Positions 60,375 to 64,000 of a stretch of 64,000 nt of DNA are shown piece by piece. Position 1 is the first letter of the stretch, and each line of letters starts with the position of its first letter. Made by a program: the position numbers and the translations under genes. The notes beneath the pieces were generated by a model. The model worked only from the letters and a program-made list of their open reading frames with translations. It had not been told where the DNA came from and did no database searches. Source of the stretch: an uncultured Actinomycetes bacterium (GTDB taxonomy: Bacteria > SZUA-79 > Acidulodesulfobacterales > Acidulodesulfobacteraceae); NCBI GenBank assembly GCA_964631685.1, contig CAZVZU010000007.1, positions 26,092-90,091 on the forward strand, read 5' to 3'.

Positions 60375-61211
60375 TTATGTCAATAAAAATTTATCCATCT
60401 CCCTTTCTAATGCATAATTTTTAAATAACAAGTTGATATGATTTTCTGATTCTATCTCGTTGATTGACGAATTATCAAATTTTTCGCTGAGTTCTTTTAC
60501 GCATGCATAATTTATAATTTGATCTTTTTTTGAATATACCAAATCAAAAAAGATCTTTTGCCTATTAATATTGTATGTATAATCTTTCCGGAAATTGCTG
60601 CTAAAATATCTTACATATTTAAAATCGTTTATTATTACTTGAGGGAGTGTTCTTTGTATGTCAACCATGGCATTTTTTAAAATATTTTTATCGCAAGTCG
60701 AATATGCATCTTTTAAGAATATTTTTATGGTTCTGTCGAACGATTTTTCCATGCTTTTTATAAAATCGTCTGTTATTTGAATATTATGACAGCCCGCTAT
60801 CAGCATAACCCTGCTTGTTTTATGTGGGTATAGATATGCATATTCTAAGGAAATTTGCGCGCCCATGGAGTGACCAATTAAAATAAGCCCGGTATCTTTA
60901 TTGAGTAGTCTTGATGTAATATTATTTATACTTTTAGCATAATATCTAATTCCTTCGCTAACGGGAATATCGTTCATCCTTGTATCAACGCGATCTTTTT
61001 CGATTATAGATCTAAAATGAAATGGCAGGTCTACAACCAGAACACTAAAATTTTCGCCATATTTTTTTTTTATGTAATCGTAAATGGAAAGCATTGAAAG
61101 GTGGTTGCCACCGGCTCCGTGAATCAAGACGATGGCTTTAGGCTTAGTTTTATGTCGGCATTTGTGTAGCAAATAAAAGGTTTTTACGTCTTCTGTTTTA
61201 ATGTACGACAT
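60375..61211 (-). CDS. Alpha/beta-fold hydrolase
   Basis: HGAGGN oxyanion region and the nucleophile elbow GHSMGA. Confidence 0.72.
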   Translation of the reverse strand: MSYIKTEDVKTFYLLHKCRHKTKPKAIVLIHGAGGNHLSMLSIYDYIKKKYGENFSVLVVDLPFHFRSIIEKDRVDTRMNDIPVSEGIRYYAKSINNITSRLLNKDTGLILIGHSMGAQISLEYAYLYPHKTSRVMLIAGCHNIQITDDFIKSMEKSFDRTIKIFLKDAYSTCDKNILKNAMVDIQRTLPQVIINDFKYVRYFSSNFRKDYTYNINRQKIFFDLVYSKKDQIINYACVKELSEKFDNSSINEIESENHINLLFKNYALEREMDKFLLT

Positions 61212-61306
61212 TATTTAAAAAATAGTTGAATTATGGTATATTTAACAGTTAGGTATTATGTGTGATTAATAGACTGCCTACGATTATAACACAATAAAAT
61301 AGCATA

Positions 61307-62194
61307 ATGATTTTCATAAAAAAATTAATATATTATTACTACCAAAAAAGACTTAAAAAGGATATTTCACACCAAAAAAAACCAAGGCATATCGGAATTA
61401 TTCTTGACGGCAACAGAAGGTATGCGGAGAAATACGGGCTTGAAAGCATCTCTAGAGGACACAAAAAAGGTGCAGATAAGCTAGAAGAGGTTTTATCGTG
61501 GTGTATTGAACTAGATATTAATATAGTTACCGTTTGGGCTTTTTCCACCGATAATTTTAAAAGGAGCGAGTCCGAGGTAGACTATTTGTTTAAAATCATA
61601 AAATACCAGCTTGAGTGTTATATTAATTCAAAATTTGTTGATGAAAATAAAATAAGGGTTTCTGTTATCGGCAAAAGAGCCCTTCTTCCAAAAGACCTCA
61701 TAACCGTGATAGAAAGGTTGGAAGAGAAGACGAAGAATTATTCCAACCTTAGGCTTTATATTGCATTGGGATACGGCGGAAGGCAGGAGATATGCGACGC
61801 TTTTATAAAGTTTATTTCTGATAACATTTCTGATGTAATTGAATGTGGTTGCGCAGATGATATATCGGATGCGGACGGTAGTACGACCTTTCAGAGTAAA
61901 TCTGAACAATTTCTTGAGGGAATAGAATCAAATAAGGATGCTGGTAAATTTAGCTATCTATCCGATATCGTTACAATAGAAAACATATCTAAGTATCTTT
62001 ATGTAAAAGACTCTCCCGATCCTGATTTAATTATTAGAACGAGCGGCGAAGTTCGACTTTCGGGATTTCTTTTGTGGCAAAGTGTTTACAGCGAGTTTTA
62101 TTTTTGCGATGCTTATTGGCCGGAATTTAGAGAAATAGATTTTTTAAGAGCTATAAGAAGTTATCAATCTCGTCATGTTCGTGCCGGGGAGTGA
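61307..62194 (+). CDS. uppS: cis-Prenyltransferase (undecaprenyl diphosphate synthase family) with internal insertion
   Basis: HIGIILDGNRRYA, WAFSTDNFKR and LIIRTSGEVRLSGFLLWQSVYSEFYF. Confidence 0.85.
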   Translation: MIFIKKLIYYYYQKRLKKDISHQKKPRHIGIILDGNRRYAEKYGLESISRGHKKGADKLEEVLSWCIELDINIVTVWAFSTDNFKRSESEVDYLFKIIKYQLECYINSKFVDENKIRVSVIGKRALLPKDLITVIERLEEKTKNYSNLRLYIALGYGGRQEICDAFIKFISDNISDVIECGCADDISDADGSTTFQSKSEQFLEGIESNKDAGKFSYLSDIVTIENISKYLYVKDSPDPDLIIRTSGEVRLSGFLLWQSVYSEFYFCDAYWPEFREIDFLRAIRSYQSRHVRAGE

Positions 62195-62263
62195 TTCATA
62201 TCGCGACCTTGCTTTTGGGTATGGCTATATATCCTGAATCACCTAAATATTTTGAGGGTACAA

Positions 62264-63421
62264 ATGGCTTTTAACAAGACGCAAAAAAAGACTATTATGG
62301 CAATGAGTTCCGTTGTTGGATTGAGGATGCTCGCCGTATTTCTTGTTTTGCCCATTTTTGTCCTTTTTGCTGAAAAATTTACGTCAAATCTTATTTTAAT
62401 AGGGTTGGCTTTCGGTATATACGGGCTCTCAAGGGCAATATTTCAGATACCCTTTGGTTATTTTTCCGATAAAATAGGAAGAAAAAATGTGCTGTTTTTT
62501 GGAATGTTATTATTCGGCATCTTGACGTTTATAATAGGGTTCTCCTCCAATATTTATGAACTGATTTCCTTGAGATTCTTGCAAGGAGTTGCGGCCGAAA
62601 GTTCCGTTGCTTTTGCGCTGGTGTCTGATACGGTTTCGGAAAAGGATAGGACGAAAGCTTTGGCTTTTTTGGGCATGCCTATAGGATTAAGTTTTGTCGT
62701 GGGTATAGTTTTAGGGCCGTTTTTATCGTTTTATTTCGGTTACCCGTTTTTATTTTATCTCTCCGGTATCCTGGGTATGCTGTCTGCTTTTTCCATATTA
62801 ATATGGGTAGAAGAACCGAAAAGTCGAAAAATGCTTAAAGAGATAGAAATTTCCTTCAAAGACGTTATAAAAATAGTAAAGAATAAAACATTGGCGAACC
62901 TCTCTATCCAGGGCTTTTTATTATCATTTTTCATGACCATTTTCTTTTTTAGTATGCCGTTAATAGTCAAAAATGAGATTGGAACGGGTTATTACTATAA
63001 GATTCTTATTCCTATGGTAATCTTCTCGCTTTTTGCGATGATGAAGGCATCAAAGAAAGCCGATATGGGATATGAAACAAAACTTTTAAAGCTTAGCTAC
63101 ATTTTAATGGCTGCTTCAAGCCTCTTTATTTTTTCAAATTTTGCCGGCTATATGTTACCAATAATTATTGTAGGCGGCATTCTTTTTTTTACTGGTTTTT
63201 CAATTACGGAACCGATAATGCCTTCGTTGGTTTCAGCAACATCGGATAAATCTTTTATTGGAACGTCAATGGGGATTTACAATACATTCCAATTTTCCGG
63301 AAGTTTTTTTGGTGGAAGCATTGCGGGTTTATTATTTAAATATTATTACGGTTTGATTCCGGCTATACTCGCTATATCTTCATTAGCCTGTTATTTTTTG
63401 ATAATGAGGTTAAAAAAATAA
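62264..63421 (+). CDS. MFS transporter (12 TMS)
   Basis: GYFSDKIGRKN motif-A-like loop between TM2 and TM3. ATG 62264 lies 5 nt after GAGGG. Confidence 0.8.
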   Translation: MAFNKTQKKTIMAMSSVVGLRMLAVFLVLPIFVLFAEKFTSNLILIGLAFGIYGLSRAIFQIPFGYFSDKIGRKNVLFFGMLLFGILTFIIGFSSNIYELISLRFLQGVAAESSVAFALVSDTVSEKDRTKALAFLGMPIGLSFVVGIVLGPFLSFYFGYPFLFYLSGILGMLSAFSILIWVEEPKSRKMLKEIEISFKDVIKIVKNKTLANLSIQGFLLSFFMTIFFFSMPLIVKNEIGTGYYYKILIPMVIFSLFAMMKASKKADMGYETKLLKLSYILMAASSLFIFSNFAGYMLPIIIVGGILFFTGFSITEPIMPSLVSATSDKSFIGTSMGIYNTFQFSGSFFGGSIAGLLFKYYYGLIPAILAISSLACYFLIMRLKK

Positions 63422-63608
63422 ACTAAGGTTACAGCAGTATGTTTGCAGTAGAGATATTTTAAATTATGTAGATTTTGAGATGTCTGATATCGTAGCTTTG
63501 ACGGAACTGCCAAGTTCGGTGTAATTTGATTAAAAGCCTGATATGTGTTTAAATACACATAAGTAAAGATATGTTTACATCTCATACATTATTAAGGAGG
63601 CAAGGATA

Positions 63609-64000
63609 ATGGTTTATGATTTAGTTATAATCGGTGGGGGACCGGCAGGGTTGTCCGCGGCAATATATGGACTTAGAGCTCGGCTTAATCTTATTTTAAT
63701 AGAAAAAATGGCCATTGGTGGTCAGATTGCACTTTCTGATAATATCGGAAATTACCCCGGCTTTCCGTCCCTTTCCGGTGCTGAACTTATACAAAAATTT
63801 GAGGAACATGCGTTAGGGCTCGGTCTAAATATTGTTTATGATGAAATCAAAGATATAACCGACGGAGGCAGGTGTAAGACTATAAGAGGTGCAGAAAGGA
63901 CTTATAAAGCAAAGACCGTCATTATAGCCGTTGGTGCGTCCCCTAAAAAAATTAATATACCTGGGGAGAAGGAATTTACCGGAAGGGGAGTGTCATATTG
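63609..64000 (+). CDS. trxB: Thioredoxin-disulfide reductase, 3' end cut by the window edge
   Basis: AGGAGG RBS. YDLVIIGGGPAGLSAAIY FAD motif, then NYPGFP. The frame stays open to the window end. Confidence 0.88.
   Translation, partial: MVYDLVIIGGGPAGLSAAIYGLRARLNLILIEKMAIGGQIALSDNIGNYPGFPSLSGAELIQKFEEHALGLGLNIVYDEIKDITDGGRCKTIRGAERTYKAKTVIIAVGASPKKINIPGEKEFTGRGVSY

Overview
This is an AT-rich bacterial chromosomal segment, and the lineage cannot be determined from the sequence alone. Most of it is conserved housekeeping. Recognisable genes include rpoD (5' partial), a NIF3/Zn-ribbon pair followed by RNase P RNA, and lepA. A lepB-pyrR-pyrB-pyrC-carA-(radical SAM)-carB-greA block follows, then alr, tldD and a PBP. 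Further on are galE, a phosphohexomutase, eno, dcd, a CIRCE-controlled groES-groEL, and moaB plus a fused moaD-moaE. The window ends with aspS, a uppS-like gene and trxB (3' partial). Three tRNAs are present: Met/Ile2-CAT, Arg-TCT and Arg-CCG. I saw no rRNA, CRISPR array, transposase or integrase. Three regions stand out.
(1) 30.2-39.8 kb holds a tightly packed nine-gene operon. It starts with a short secretin, a GspE/PilB-type ATPase carrying a tandem MshEN-like (c-di-GMP-binding) N-terminal motif, and a GspF/PilC platform protein. Six very AT-rich ORFs follow that I can interpret only from topology: a long-leader pilin, a Sec-signal pilin-like protein, a large prepilin-like protein lacking Glu5, and GspL/PilMN-like, GspM/PilO-like and GspC/PilP-like proteins. 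This is my best candidate for an undescribed variant of a type IV filament/T2SS-like machine.
(2) 21.1-24.6 kb is a gene-decay patch. It contains a copA-type P1B-ATPase pseudogene, a frameshifted DUF4915-like gene and a Fic N-terminal remnant. It sits next to an intact P3A-like proton-type P-type ATPase and an Nramp homologue with altered metal-site motifs.
(3) 51.9-57.2 kb holds a double-ATPase 'activase' with no dehydratase partner nearby. It is convergent with an IorA/IorB-like pair whose cofactor motifs look degenerate although the ORFs are intact.
All family assignments rest on motifs read by eye. No database search was run.
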